From Hemiscyllium ocellatum (lineage: Eukaryota), in the NCBI RefSeq assembly GCF_020745735.1, contig NC_083420.1, positions 36,394,001 through 36,458,000 on the forward strand: a stretch of 64,000 nt of DNA, given 5' to 3'. Shown piece by piece: positions 53,107 through 64,000 of the stretch. The notes under the pieces are model-generated. The model did no database searches. It saw only the letters and a program-made list of their open reading frames with translations, and was not told the DNA's origin. Positions within the stretch are counted from its first letter, which is position 1, and each line of letters begins with the position of its first letter. Both the position numbers and the translations under genes were made by a program.

Positions 53107-53619
53107 CCTCAGTTGTCGGGGCGACCGCTCCCCGCTTCACCCGGAAACACAACTCACACTTCCGGGGACAAATCGACCCGAGGGAAAGGCCGGAATGAAA
53201 ATTAAAAAGTCCCCGCGTTTCTTTTAATTTCCCTTCGTTAATCTCCGAATAATGAACAATATTTTTCTAATGCCGCAGTTCAGAGATGTCGTATTTAGCT
53301 CGGAGAGGCACCGGTACCTTTAATGATTGATGTTGTCAATGACCAATAACGTCTAAAGGTGTCGTCGCCGTTTCTCCAATCGGCTGGAGGGGAAGGCGGG
53401 ACAAGTGGGGAGCCTGTGCTCTGATTGGTTGGAATTGGCGGGATCCTCGATAGTCCGTTAGCTACCTCTGCTCAACTCAGCTGGTCTCCAGCATCTATAG
53501 CTCAGCCCGTCCCGAGTAAAGTGTCGGCCGGCGGCTTTTCTCCCTCCCTTCCTCTCTCAGCTTTACTAACACTCCGAGGAAGAGTTAATAACCGTTCACC
53601 CCGGGAACATCAATACACA
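53107..53619. promoter_or_regulatory. Bidirectional CpG-island promoter shared by DCTN5 and PALB2
   Basis: 513 bp between divergent ATGs. ETS/GABPA site CCGGAAGTG on - (53157-53165), CCAAT at 53376, ATTGG at 53424, E2F-like TTGGCGGGA near 53435. Confidence 0.8.
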
Positions 53620-53667
53620 ATGGAACATAGCATGAAAAAAACCCTGAGCTGGGAAACCAGGGAGCAG
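53620..53667 (+). CDS. PALB2: PALB2 exon 1: MEHSMKKTLSWETREQ
   Basis: 48 bp, CAG|gtaaa donor. Same length and K.LS.E..E pattern as human exon 1. Confidence 0.85.
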
Positions 53668-53747
53668 GTAAAACAAAACCAACACCGTCAACTTCACAAC
53701 AACTTAACCACAGCAAAATAAACTCAATTTAATCATTTCATTTACAG

Positions 53748-53807
53748 CTCAAAGAAAGGTTGGCCTTGCTGAAGAAAGAATACGCAAAAACTGTCCATAA
53801 GTTGCAG
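53748..53807 (+). CDS. PALB2: PALB2 exon 2, BRCA1-binding coiled coil: LKERLALLKKEYAKTVHKLQ
   Basis: 60 bp, GT-AG. Matches human [20 protein letters not shown]. Confidence 0.93.
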
Positions 53808-54273
53808 GTAAATGCCCCCTTCTCACAATAATACATTTATCCTTGAGACCAAATATATACGATGAGGGTGCAGTATGGCTTGGGTGGAACAGGTGATTGT
53901 GGATCCCAAATTTCTACAAACTAATGACGGAATGCAGTGATTCGTTAGTAATTCAAGTACTTTTTATGTCATACAACTTCAACGACTACAAAAGGTGAAT
54001 GTGATGGAGCATAGTTTTCTTATAATCCAGTTTGGTGAAATACAAGGCAGAAGTGGGTACTGCAGATGCTGGAGATTAGAGTTGAGATTAGAGTGGTGCT
54101 GGAAAAGCACAGCAGGTCAGGCAGCATCCGAGAAGCAGGAAAATCGAGGAATGGATTAGTTGCTGATAAAGGGCTTTTGGTAAAAAATGAGGTCTGCAGA
54201 TGCTGGAGATCACAGCTGAAAATGTGTTGCTGGTTAAAGCACAGCAGGTTAGGCAGCATCCAAGGAACAGGAA

Positions 54274-54309
54274 ATTCGATGTTTCGGGCATAAGCCCTTC
54301 ATCAGGAAT
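54274..54309 (-). ncRNA. Minimal type-I hammerhead ribozyme motif (family A)
   Basis: AUUC-CUGAUGA-A-GGGC-uuau-GCCC-GAAA-CA-UC-GAAU. Perfect stems I and II and complete core. Confidence 0.72.
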
Positions 54310-54547
54310 GAGGTCCAAATTTTGTTGGTTGGAATGTAGTTCGGAGTCCGTGTGGTGTCAGTCGGTTCCGTAGGCAGGTGCTGAGGAAGGAGATGTGGCT
54401 GTGGTAACGAGTCTGTGAGAACGTGGCTGAAGAGCTTCTGTGCGGAGGAGGTGACCTGGGGGGTGCAGTGAGAGAGACACTCACTGAAATCCTTGTAGAG
54501 GGAGGAAGAGAGCTTCTTCAAGGAAGGCATCCTCGAAGCCCTTCATC

Positions 54548-54583
54548 ATTCCTGATGAAGGGCTTATGCCCAAAACGTCGAAT
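54548..54583 (+). ncRNA. Hammerhead motif copy with G12>A (predicted inactive)
   Basis: AUUC-CUGAUGA-A-GGGC-uuau-GCCC-AAAA-CG-UC-GAAU. Confidence 0.6.
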
Positions 54584-54860
54584 TTCCGGTTCCTTGGATG
54601 CTGCCTAACCTGATGTGCTTTAACCAGCAACACATTTTCATCAGCGATGAAGGGCTTTTGCCCGAAACATCGATTTTCCAGTACCACTCTAATCTTGGTG
54701 AAATCCAAACCTGTTGGTATGACATGTACTTCTGTGTTAGAGACTGTAGGTTTAATCCTAGCTAAAGGACTGGAACCGATAATCAAGGCTTCCCTCTTGC
54801 TGAATTTATGTTAGCCAGTCTGATATTAAACTTATTTTTTCCTTGATTTTCTATCACTAG

Positions 54861-54960
54861 CGTGCGCAGAAAGCCGAACGGGTGCGAAATCATGTTAAAA
54901 GCACCATTACTCATCAGAATCAATTGTTGGAAGAGCAGACCATAACTCAGTTCGAGACTG
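54861..54960 (+). CDS. PALB2: PALB2 exon 3: RAQKAERVRNHVKSTITHQNQLLEEQTITQFET(G)
   Basis: 100 bp, actag acceptor, G|gtagg donor. RAQ.AE continues the coiled coil. Confidence 0.9.
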
Positions 54961-55470
54961 GTAGGTTTTCAGCAAATGATTTAAACTTTAGAATGGATCA
55001 CTTGACTTCTTCTCAGTCATTATGGCCTCAGTTGTAGGGTTTCCAATGGGAAATGGAATCTGTAAAGTGACAGGTTGGGCTATACTTGCATTCTGTACAA
55101 GTTAACTTGCTCTCTGCTGTCATCAAGTGATTTGTAAATGACACTGGTAGGAGTCGTGTCTTGTGAAACAAAGCACCTTAGCATATCACTCAACCACTCC
55201 ACTTGCATGCTGATTAGCATTAGGAGAAGATGTGAACTCGATGGGCTAAATGGCCTCTTCCTGCACTGTAGGGATCCTGTGATTTCTCAAGCCTTTTTAC
55301 TTTTGGGTAAATTTAGAGATGTTATGTCAGTCTTGTCAAAAAATGTTTTGGCAATGCTTGTCTTTGTATTCAGATTGTGTATCTAGCTGCATCCTTCTCT
55401 ATTCTCCCCCTCCCACAACAAAAATAAATTCAGGGCCTAATGTATTTCTTTAATCTCTTTTTTTAAAAAG

Positions 55471-57273
55471 GTGAGGCCTCATCATTTTTGGATACAAATC
55501 AGTCAAGCACCTCACATCAAAGAAGTCAAGTCCCAGTAGAAGAAAGTAAAGAGAGAAAATCAGCAGTGACCTTTAATCTTGAACCGGAAATCATAGAAGT
55601 CATTAATAGCCCAAATGTGACTTTGACAAGTACATTTGAATTTGCTGAACAGCCTTCAGCAGAACCCTTCCCTTCCCCAGTTGTGGAAACGATTCCCATC
55701 ACAAATATAGACAGTCAAGTTCACAGTCGCCTAAAACTGAAAAAAAAGAGGTCATGTGAAGTACTGAGAAAGGAAGCAGCAAGTGAGCAGAATGAATCTC
55801 TGGCTGCTGATGGAAAATCCTGTGATAAAGAAATAGAGGAACTGAATTCACCTGTTAACAAAGAGTCTGTAAGATCTTCCATCTTTAACAGAGGCAAAAA
55901 TGTCTCTAAATCAGTATGTGGAGGTGTAAAGGAGAATGTGGAACATAGAATATTCCTTGGTTCTCCTGAAGGTGAAGAACATTTTGAATTATTAAAAAAT
56001 GGAGTACAAGAGGTGAAAGGCAATTGTTTAACCTTACCTGTGAGCAGAACTGTGAATGGCTCTGTTTACTGCAGTTCTGGTGATAAGTCTACAATAGTGT
56101 CTACTTGTGAAAATAAAGCTTTCAGTCCTAGGGAATTAAAGGTCCTAACTGAAGATGCCCAACAACAGCAAGCAAAGCAAAACTGCTCTGAGGATCTCAC
56201 TGAAGCTTTGGAGAGCAATCTTGCAAAAGAGTCAATAATGTTAGATTCAGATTGTCTGCAGGCAAGTACTGCTGTAGCTGAAGTTTCAGAAGAGACCTCA
56301 CTGAACTCATGTACACTTGTCGAGGGCCTTCTCTTCCCTGTTGAATACTATGTACGAACAACTCGACGCATGACCAGCTGTCAGCGACAAGTGGATCTGG
56401 ATGCAGTGATTCACAGCCACTTGGGAAAGTGCAGAAATGGTGGTAAAGGAAGATATAAGAAATCCTCACATGAACAGAGCAATCCTGTAAAAGGCTTCCC
56501 CAAGGCTGAGGGAGAGCTCAACAACACATTATTACTTTTTAACAGTCAGGAGGATGGTATTGCTGGATCTGATGCAGCTTCTTCACAGCAGGACTCAATA
56601 TACCCCTCGAATATTGACATTGATTCTCAGGATATTAAATCAAATCCTGAAAAAAGGAGAAACAGTAGTAGAGAAGAATCTATAAAATCCAAGCTCACAG
56701 ATACTGAAGTGTTTAAAGATGAGTTTGTAGCATGGACTTTAAATAACCCCAGAATTCCTGATGTTCAATGTGCTATGTCTTCTAAAGTTCAAAGCAAGAA
56801 AGAGAGCAAGGAGAAAGAAAGTAGTTCTTGTCAGCCAGTGACCGATGCTAACAAATTGTGTGGAAGTGCTGTAAATAAGTTGGATGATCGTGTTTTTTCA
56901 AATATTACTGACTTTACTATGAAGAGTGCCAGTCTGTCTCAAAATGATTCTGACCATATTGTGGATTCACTACAGAACGCCGAAAGCCAGACCAGTGATA
57001 TTTTAGTAGGGCCTTTCAAAGAGGATTCAATTGATCCATCAACAGTACAAGAGGACACTGCATTGACTTTGTCAGAGCATCATTTAAACTTAAATAGTGA
57101 TACTGACAGTCAGGAATTGATCCCAGAGACTCAGCAAGATTCGTTTTTTAGCACAGCAAGGAAGAAGAGTTTCAGAGGTACAAAGCAGTCTTTTCCATTG
57201 GGAATTGATTCAAAGACAGAAGAATCTTTGTGCCAAGTGTCTCAGCCCAAAAGGAGAGTGAGGCTGACAAAAG
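55471..57273 (+). CDS. PALB2: PALB2 large exon 4 (1803 bp) containing the ChAM motif SCTLVEGLLFPVEYYVRTTRRMTSCQRQVDLDAVIHSHL
   Basis: 604-aa open frame, T-rich tract plus AG acceptor, AAG|gtaag donor, ChAM signature GLLFP.EYYVRTTR.M..CQR.V. Confidence 0.93.
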
Positions 57274-58100
57274 GTAAGCTCAAAGTAAACTTGCATTATT
57301 GAATTTTAAAATATTTGACTACAGGTCTCCTTATTAATTCTGACATTACAGAGTGGATAATGCTTATTAGCTTTTATTTAGGAGAAGGAAAGAGCTTGCA
57401 TTTCACGAGCACCTTTTCTACAATCTCAGGAAGTCTTTAAGCTTTACAGCCAATAGATGTATTTTGTGACATTTAATACAGTAGTCACTATATAACAGTT
57501 GGAGATCATGACCAGAGAAATTGCAGTGATCTTAACTTGAGCAGATGGGAGTTGAAAGGGATTTTGGCGTAATACAAAGGAGTTAAGCATGTCTATTATA
57601 GTTATTAATAAGCCCCTAAATTACGAGTGTCTTGTGTGTACAGCTTCATCTTTAAATAAAAACATTTTTTGCTTAGCCTTCTCTTTAATCAAAAACAGGA
57701 AATCATGTGCTGACTTATTAAGAGCCATAACAGTTTGAAAGGTATATGGTTTTTACAACAGTGGGGTGAAAATTTAAGTGATCAGATACCAGAAATATCC
57801 GCTGTTCAAAAAATAGATAATTTAAGCACTGCCCTCCGTATTAGAGAGCAAGCTAATGGTAGAGGGATCCTGGTGTCAAAGATGCCTTGTAAGTAGAATT
57901 AAATAACAACTTAGGTGGTTAGCTCTGACTTGTATATTCAGACTGCCAATGTAATGATTTACTGAACTTCTATGCTTATGGAAGCCTCAGTGTGGTTAGA
58001 TTGTGGGGCAGGCTTGGTGGACCAGTTGGCCTTATCCAGCCTGTCAATTTCCATATGCATTGCGATTGCTAATGTATTATGACTTCTGTTTGCCCAATAG

Positions 58101-58457
58101 GTAACTCTTATCGCAAAACACGTGCCATCTCTAGGAAGTTCAACACAGGACTTGACGAGGGAACCCTGACGTGTTCAGAACCATTACTCCCTGTCAAAAA
58201 GCCTATCATCCAAAAGCTTTTTCACAGTCTGGAGGTCCAGGATTTTGATCTCCCTGATGAGGAATATGGTCAACTTAAAGAGAAGTTAAGAGCAGAGACA
58301 TTGAAGAAATCATCTCATCCTTCGCAGTACAATATGGTTAATGGTGCTGTGGGAACACAGGTGAAAACTGAGAATTGGGATATGGGAAAATGTGACAGCC
58401 CACATTCCCAGGACATCAGTCAAGCTGTAGAAAACCTTGAAGAACACCTGCTACAAA
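58101..58457 (+). CDS. PALB2: PALB2 exon 5 with the MRG15-binding FxLP motif (QDFDLPDEEYGQLK)
   Basis: aatag acceptor, A|gtaaga donor (phase 1) just before an in-frame stop. Motif matches human DFQLPDEDFGPLK. Confidence 0.85.
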
Positions 58458-58735
58458 GTAAGATGGCCCAGTCATTCCCATAAACAAGAGATCTCAGTAT
58501 TCTTTAAAATATATCAGTTATGTTTTTTGTTAAATACCCAATATTTATTCTCTCTGTTAAATTACTTTTTGTTATTAACTAATATATATTGACAGAGTTA
58601 GGAGAAGTAATACTTCATAATGCAGATTTCTCTTCTTACTGTTGGTGCTATTTATAAATCACACCCTTCTTGTACAAATCTTTATGTATGTATTAACTAC
58701 AAAGTGTGTGCATATTGTGTGATAGTGGTAAAGAT

Positions 58736-59493
58736 CGTCAGGTCCACACCCCCCACCAACCCAACCTCCACTCCCGTCACCTTCCCCTGCAACTGCAAGA
58801 AATGCAAAACTTGCGCCCACACCTCCCTCCTTACTTCCCTCCAAGGCCCCAAGGGATCCTTCCATATCCGCCACAAATTCATCTGCACCTCCACACACAT
58901 CATTAACTGCGTCCGCTGCACCCGATGTGACCTGCTCTATATTGGGGAGACAGACCACCTACTTGCAGAACGTTTCAGAGAACACCTCTGGGACACCCGG
59001 ACCAACCAACCCAACCACCCTGTGGCTCAACACTTCAACTCCCCCTCCCACTCCACCAAGGACATGCAGGTCCCTGGACTCGTCCATTGCCAGACCATAG
59101 CAATACGATGGCTGGAGGAAGAGCGCCTCATCTTCCGCTTAGGAATCCTCCAACCACAAGGGATGAACTCCGATTTCTCCAGTTTCCTCATTTCCCCTCC
59201 CCCCACTTTGTCTCAGTCAAATCCCTCAAACTCAGCACCGCCTTCCTAACCTGCATTCTTCTTCCTGACCTCTCCGCCCCCACTCCCACTCCGGCCTATC
59301 ACCCTCACCTTGACCTCCTTCCACCTATTGCATTTCCAACGCCCCTCCCCCAAGTCCCTCCTCCCTACCTTTTATCTTAGCTAGCTGGACACACTCTCCT
59401 CATTCCTGAAGAAGGGCTCATGCCCGAAATGTCGATTCTCCTGCTCCTTGGATGCTGCCTGACCTGCTGCGCTTTTCCAGCAACACATTTTCA
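58736..59493 (+). mobile_element. 5'-truncated Penelope-like retroelement: GIY-YIG endonuclease C-terminus plus 3' end with hammerhead, 8-bp TSD gtaaagat
   Basis: Open frame CNCKKCKTC...IINCVRCTRCDLLYIGET..LAERFREH...PVAQHFN...GMN is typical of a PLE GIY-YIG domain. Direct repeats at 58728-58735 and 59494-59501. Confidence 0.88.
59402..59437 (+). ncRNA. Minimal type-I hammerhead ribozyme motif in the 3' end of the GIY-YIG element
   Basis: AUUC-CUGAAGA-A-GGGC-ucau-GCCC-GAAA-UG-UC-GAUU. Confidence 0.68.
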
Positions 59494-59699
59494 GTAAAGA
59501 TATTCTGTGTCAATGTGCAGGCTCAGCCATAGTTCTCCAATAACTGAGGATATGAGTGATAGTGACAGACTGCAGGAAATTCCTTCAGATTGAACTTGGC
59601 ATCTGACTTGAATGAAAGTAAATTTGAAATTTGGATAGGCTGGCCACCAATATCCACTACAAACCAACTGACTCCCACAGTTACCTTGACTATACATCC

Positions 59700-60560
59700 T
59701 CGCGTCCTACTTCCTGTAAAGACTCTATTCCATTCTCCCATCTATTCTGATTATACCAATTTTGACAAGGGGGCCTCTGAAATGTCCACCTTCTTTCTCA
59801 ACTGAGGATTTCTCCGCGCCATAGTTGATGGCACTCAGTTGGGTCCAACCCATCTGCTGCACTTCACCCCTCAGCCCCTATCTTCCCTCCCATAACTACA
59901 ATAGGGTCCACCTTGCCCTCACCCACCATTGCACCAGCATCCACATCCAGAGGATTATTGGCTGCCATTTCCACCACAATGCCATGACATACACCACCAC
60001 CAACAACAACCCCACCCCCCCAGCCTTCTGTAAGGACCATTCCTTCTGGGACACCCTGGTCCACTCCTCGTTCACCTCCCTCTACCACTCACCCACACAG
60101 GCCCATGACAGCTTCACCTGTAGTCACAGAAGGTGTAACATCTGCTTGTTTACTTCCTCTCTCCACAGTATTCAAGGGCTCGGATGAAGTAGCACTTTTC
60201 CTGAACTTCAATCAATCTAGTCTACCATGCTCACCATGTGGTCTCCTGTATATTGGGGAAATGAAGTATATACTGAGTGACTGCTTTGCAGAACATCTAC
60301 ATTCTGTCCACAAAAAAGACCCTGAGCTTCCAGTTGCCTCCCACTTCAACATACTACCTTGTCCCTGGCCAACATCTCTGTTTCAGCTTGTAGCCGTGCT
60401 CCAGTGAAGCTCAGCACAAGCTGGAATATCAGCACATCATTTTCTGTTTGGGAACTCTACAGCTCTCTTGACTCGATGTTGAGTTCAACACTTGTAGGAC
60501 TTGAGTCACCTTCTCTCATGTCCTTACCCTGACCTCCACATACCAGGCCTTGTCATCACG
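59700..60560 (+). mobile_element. Older, frameshifted Penelope-like fragment (RT C-terminal region plus GIY-YIG)
   Basis: CSPCGLLYIGE...FAEHLHSV...LPVASHFN in ORF 60105-60407; paralogous to 58736-59249. Confidence 0.75.
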
Positions 60561-60847
60561 TAGTCTGCTATTACACACTACCCATTTTTAGCCACTTTTG
60601 GTCCTCATTAGTAAGTATTCATTCTCCTAGGCTGATAGTTATCCACATCTTTGACAGTCCAACTGTTCTTCCGTCTTTGGGCTCTAAGTCTACCTATCAT
60701 TTACTCCTTATCTTTCCTGTGCCCCTCCTATTTTTGGTTGTTGCCATATATGTGTCATTTGATATCTGATACAGAAATATATCACTGTTTCTTCACTGAC
60801 ACTGGGCAAGACTTTGGAACTCTCTCCCTCCACTACTGTTGAGAGTA

Positions 60848-61067
60848 CAGAGGTCCCCCTGTACCCGTGTGGGATACCTTTCCCAACCTGCCATGGAACC
60901 CAAAACTGTGGATAGGAGCGAACCCATTCATTTTAATGGGAAATCTACTTTCCCGGCAACCTCCTTTTCCTTGGTTCCAGAAGGTTCCCTGTAGTATGTT
61001 CGGCCCGCAGGAAACTGCGGGTAACTGAAACCGCGGAAAACGATTCCGCGGATACGGGGTTGCCCTG
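60848..61067. mobile_element. Tc1/mariner (Tigger/pogo-like) MITE
   Basis: TA flanks on both sides. Imperfect TIRs CAGAGGTCCCCCTGTACCCGTG and CAGGGCAACCCCGTATCCGCG resemble Tigger-type ends. Confidence 0.7.
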
Positions 61068-61271
61068 TATCTTCGTCTCAGTGGCTATAGGAGGTCAGGA
61101 AAATGACTTATCACATCTTAGAGCATCTGAGGAAAGACAATAAATGTTGACCTGGGGGACTTTAAATCTTGAACCTCCATTCTGCAAAATGGATCCCTGC
61201 TTCTGACACTCATGTTCTATAATGAATTTTTAGATAATATATACTAGTTATCCATGTTAAAACTAAATTTG

Positions 61272-61555
61272 AGGGTGGCATGCACAGCGCCAGGGACCCG
61301 GGTTCGATTCCTGTCTCAGGCGACTATGTGGCGTTTGCACATTCTCCCCGTGTCTGCGAAGGTTTCCTCCAGGTTCTCTGGTTTCCTCACACAATCCAAA
61401 GATGTGAAGGTCAGGTGAATTGGCCATAGTGTTAGGTGCATTAGTCAGAGGTAAATACAGGGTAGTGGAAAGGGTCTATTTGGGTTACTCTTCGGAGGGT
61501 CGGTGTGGATTTGTTGGGCCAAAGGGCCTGTTTCTATACTGGAGAGAATCTAATC
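61272..61555 (+). mobile_element. HE1/V-SINE-type SINE with an internal 5' deletion
   Basis: Similar to 2514-2841; B box ggttcgattcc. Confidence 0.8.
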
Positions 61556-61604
61556 ATCATTAGTTGATGTTGAACTTACTAATTTATGCATGTTTTTCAC
61601 CTAG

Positions 61605-62101
61605 AGAGTTTTGACTGTAAGGAACTGAACAGGACCCCAGAAAAACCAGCATTAAATGATGTCGTTTGTCCTTATGGTCAGAAAACTCCAAAACGTACAC
61701 CTAACCATAAATTATCTTCTAGTGTTCTGCTGTCAACACCTTCCTGTACTTCACAGTCAGGGCGGATCCACCAGTGTGAACAAGGTGCAATTAGCCCTGT
61801 TTTTCCTTCGCTTGGTTTAACTCCTGCATTTAGTTCTCCAACCCTTTCTCAAATCAGCTGTGGAAACCAGAACACATCCCAAATTGGCACACTACCACAC
61901 ACATGTAAAGATGTTAAGAATAATAGCAACTGTGATGAAGAGTTACAAACATCTGGTGAAGGAGAGGTGCCATTAACAAATGAAAAAGGCACTCCATCTG
62001 CAAGGGAATATTTAGGAAAGGAAGAACAACCTGCAGAGTGCTGCCATGTCAATCAGTCAGAGATGGTGAATGAGGATAATGCTGTGGAATATATTGAAGA
62101 G
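61605..62101 (+). CDS. PALB2: PALB2 exon 6 (...SSSVLLSTP...SPVFPSLGLTPAF...AVEYIEE)
   Basis: ctag acceptor in phase 1, GAG|gtatg donor in phase 0. FP.LG.TPAF resembles the PALB2 pre-WD40 region. Confidence 0.85.
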
Positions 62102-62732
62102 GTATGTTTTCTTTTAGTATGCTGCTTAGTGTTATGGTGAGATTGTTGCCGTTAAGTGTTGTAGTGTAGCATACTGACTCCCTCATCTTGAGTGTTGTTG
62201 ATGAGGCAAAACTGCAGAGGTAAAAAAAACTATCTGACAAGGGCTAGATCAACTGTTGGACCACTCTACTGAGTCAGCCTGCTACAATTTGTCTCCCCTC
62301 TGGCGAAAGGTGTGTGCTAGAGATGTAGAATTGAATGAATACCAGAGCACTTTTTTTTCTTTTGTTTGGTACTTCAGATCTGTTCCTACTGCCGAGGACA
62401 GCAATTTCTACTAGTCATTCTGTGTTATCCACCCTAAACAAAAAAAAATGTGATGATTATTATTATTATTATAATATTAAATCTTTTACTTTTATCAATA
62501 GTTTCCTAGCCCCCTTCAATGTTATCCAAAATGGTTTGGGCAGGATACGGCATTAATTAAAAAAATGCAGTAACTTGGCAACTTTTACTTTACATTTACT
62601 TTTGAAATAGAGATGAGAGGCTGCTGACTCACCTAAAGTCTGACAGTTCTATACTATTGAACAGATTGTGTATAACAATTCTTTAATGGTGAAAGAGTCT
62701 TTTAACTCAATTTTACGGGTTTTTTTTAATAG

Positions 62733-62822
62733 GAGAATAATGATGCATTGACTCCTCCGCTTGGCAACCGGTTACAGCAAAAGCCAGAGAGGCAAACATT
62801 GCACCTAATTTCCAAGATACAG
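62733..62822 (+). CDS. PALB2: PALB2 exon 7, start of WD40 domain: ENNDALTPPLGNRLQQKPERQTLHLISKIQ (gene continues past the window)
   Basis: Poly-T plus aatag acceptor, CAG|gttagt donor, 90 bp, phase 0-0. LHLISKIQ resembles human LQLVSELK. Confidence 0.8.
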
Positions 62823-62969
62823 GTTAGTAAACAGTAGCCAATGTCAGATTATAAATGATAATGTTTTCTTTACAAAGTGACTGAGTTACCTATAAAACAG
62901 CCTGATTTATAAACCCATTCAGACTATTGATCAGTTATATACCTGGATCCAGGAATGATGCCGGTAATT

Positions 62970-63835
62970 GCAGAAGTATTATGGTGCAGGAGGCCATTTG
63001 GTCCATTGTCTACACTGGCTCTTCAAATAAATATTATTACCTACTGCCAATTTCCTACTTTATCCCCATTGTCTTGCATATAATTTCTATCCAAATAATC
63101 ATTCAATAGCTTCTTGAATGCCTCAGTTTAATTTGCCTTCACCACACTTAAAAGCAGTGCATTTCTTACTGTAATTGCTCAGTGTGTGAAAAATATTTCT
63201 TCATGCACTACATTTACTCCTTTTGCGTATCACTTTAAATCTGTGCCCTCTAGTTCTTGATCCTTTAACAACTGGGAAAAGTTTTTCTCTATCTACTCTT
63301 TCAAGCTTGCTGATGATTTTGAAAACCTCTACCACATCTCCTCTTAGACTTCTTCTTTCCAAGGAGAATAGTCCCAACTTCAATTTATTCCTCATAACCC
63401 ATTCTTGTAAATCGCTTCTGCACTAATCCCATGCGTTTACATCCCTCCTGTAATGTGGTGCTCAGAACTGCACACAGTACTCCAGCTGAGATGTATCAGT
63501 TGTCTTTTAAAAATTCAAAATCACCTCCTTTGTCTTGTACTCTGTCCCTATTAATAAAACCCAGGATACTGTTTACTTTATTAATTGCTCTTTCAGCCAG
63601 TTCTGCCACCTTCAGTGATCTGTACACATATACACCAAAGTTCCTTTACTCCTGCACCCCTTTTAGAATTGTAACCCCTATTTTATCTTCGAATGTTCTT
63701 CTTATCAAAATGAATCACTTTACACTTCTCCACATTGAACCCATTTGCCACCAATCTGCCCACTCTACAAACTTGTCTACATCCTAGACAGTCCTACACT
63801 GTCCTTCTCATAGTTTACTGTACTTCCATGTTTCT
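62970..63835 (-). mobile_element. CR1 LINE 3' fragment
   Basis: LGLFSLERRSLRGDVVEVFKI...RTRGHRFKV. Confidence 0.85.
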
Positions 63836-64000
63836 CTGTTTTGTTGAACAAAGTCCAAGGAAGTATCCATTGTAACAGGAGGAGGAACAATTGTTTTCTT
63901 TTTAAATAAGAAATGTGAACATTTGGTCCTTCAAAAAGGCAAATTTATACCTGCTTTAAGCAAGACCTAATCTAGATACAGAGGAACCTTGATTACCCAA

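Larger units (their letters stand above)
54180..54645 (-). mobile_element. Inner Penelope-like element: inverted terminal arms around a probable ORF N-terminal fragment, with 15-bp TSD
   Basis: Arms ~54217-54310 and ~54547-54640 are inverted. The interior encodes HSHISFLSTCLRNRLTPHGL on -. Direct repeat gat(a/g)aagggcttttg at 54165-54179 and 54646-54660. Confidence 0.72.
54042..54694 (-). mobile_element. Outer Penelope-like fold-back element (family A) with 10-bp TSD ttggtgaaat, in PALB2 intron 2
   Basis: Direct repeats at 54032-54041 and 54695-54704. Interrupted by an inner element. Confidence 0.72.

Noticed and set aside
59502-59592. Possible extra PALB2 exon (RLSHSSPITEDMSDSDRLQEIPSD)
   Set aside because: The acceptor phase does not fit, no good donor precedes the stop, and exons 5 and 6 already join in frame.

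Overview
Vertebrate genomic DNA, most likely a shark or other cartilaginous fish (inferred from HE1/V-SINE-type tRNA SINEs with CR1 tails and abundant CR1 LINEs). The window holds a four-gene block in the same order and orientation as human 16p12. (1) The last four coding exons of an IRE1 kinase/RNase on +, called ERN2 by synteny. (2) A complete PLK1 on -, with 11 coding exons and 588 aa. (3) A complete DCTN5 on -, with 6 exons and 182 aa. (4) The 5' part of PALB2 on +, 7 coding exons, head-to-head with DCTN5 across a ~0.5 kb CpG island. Exon boundaries were read by hand from GT-AG sites and phase. Introns are full of CR1 LINE fragments, two tRNA-SINE families and a Tigger-like MITE. The most notable non-genic signal is a set of short Penelope-like (PLE) fold-back insertions with 8-15 bp target-site duplications. 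They carry minimal type-I hammerhead ribozyme motifs (stem I-CUGANGA-N-stem II-GAAA-CG-UC-stem I), and one copy is nested inside the hammerhead of another. Other observations: an isolated exact 44-bp copy of a nearby LINE segment, a predicted 3'UTR intron in DCTN5, an ETGE motif created by the PALB2 exon 3/4 junction, and introns in PLK1 and PALB2 that the human genes lack. Human comparisons are from memory and repeat boundaries are approximate.
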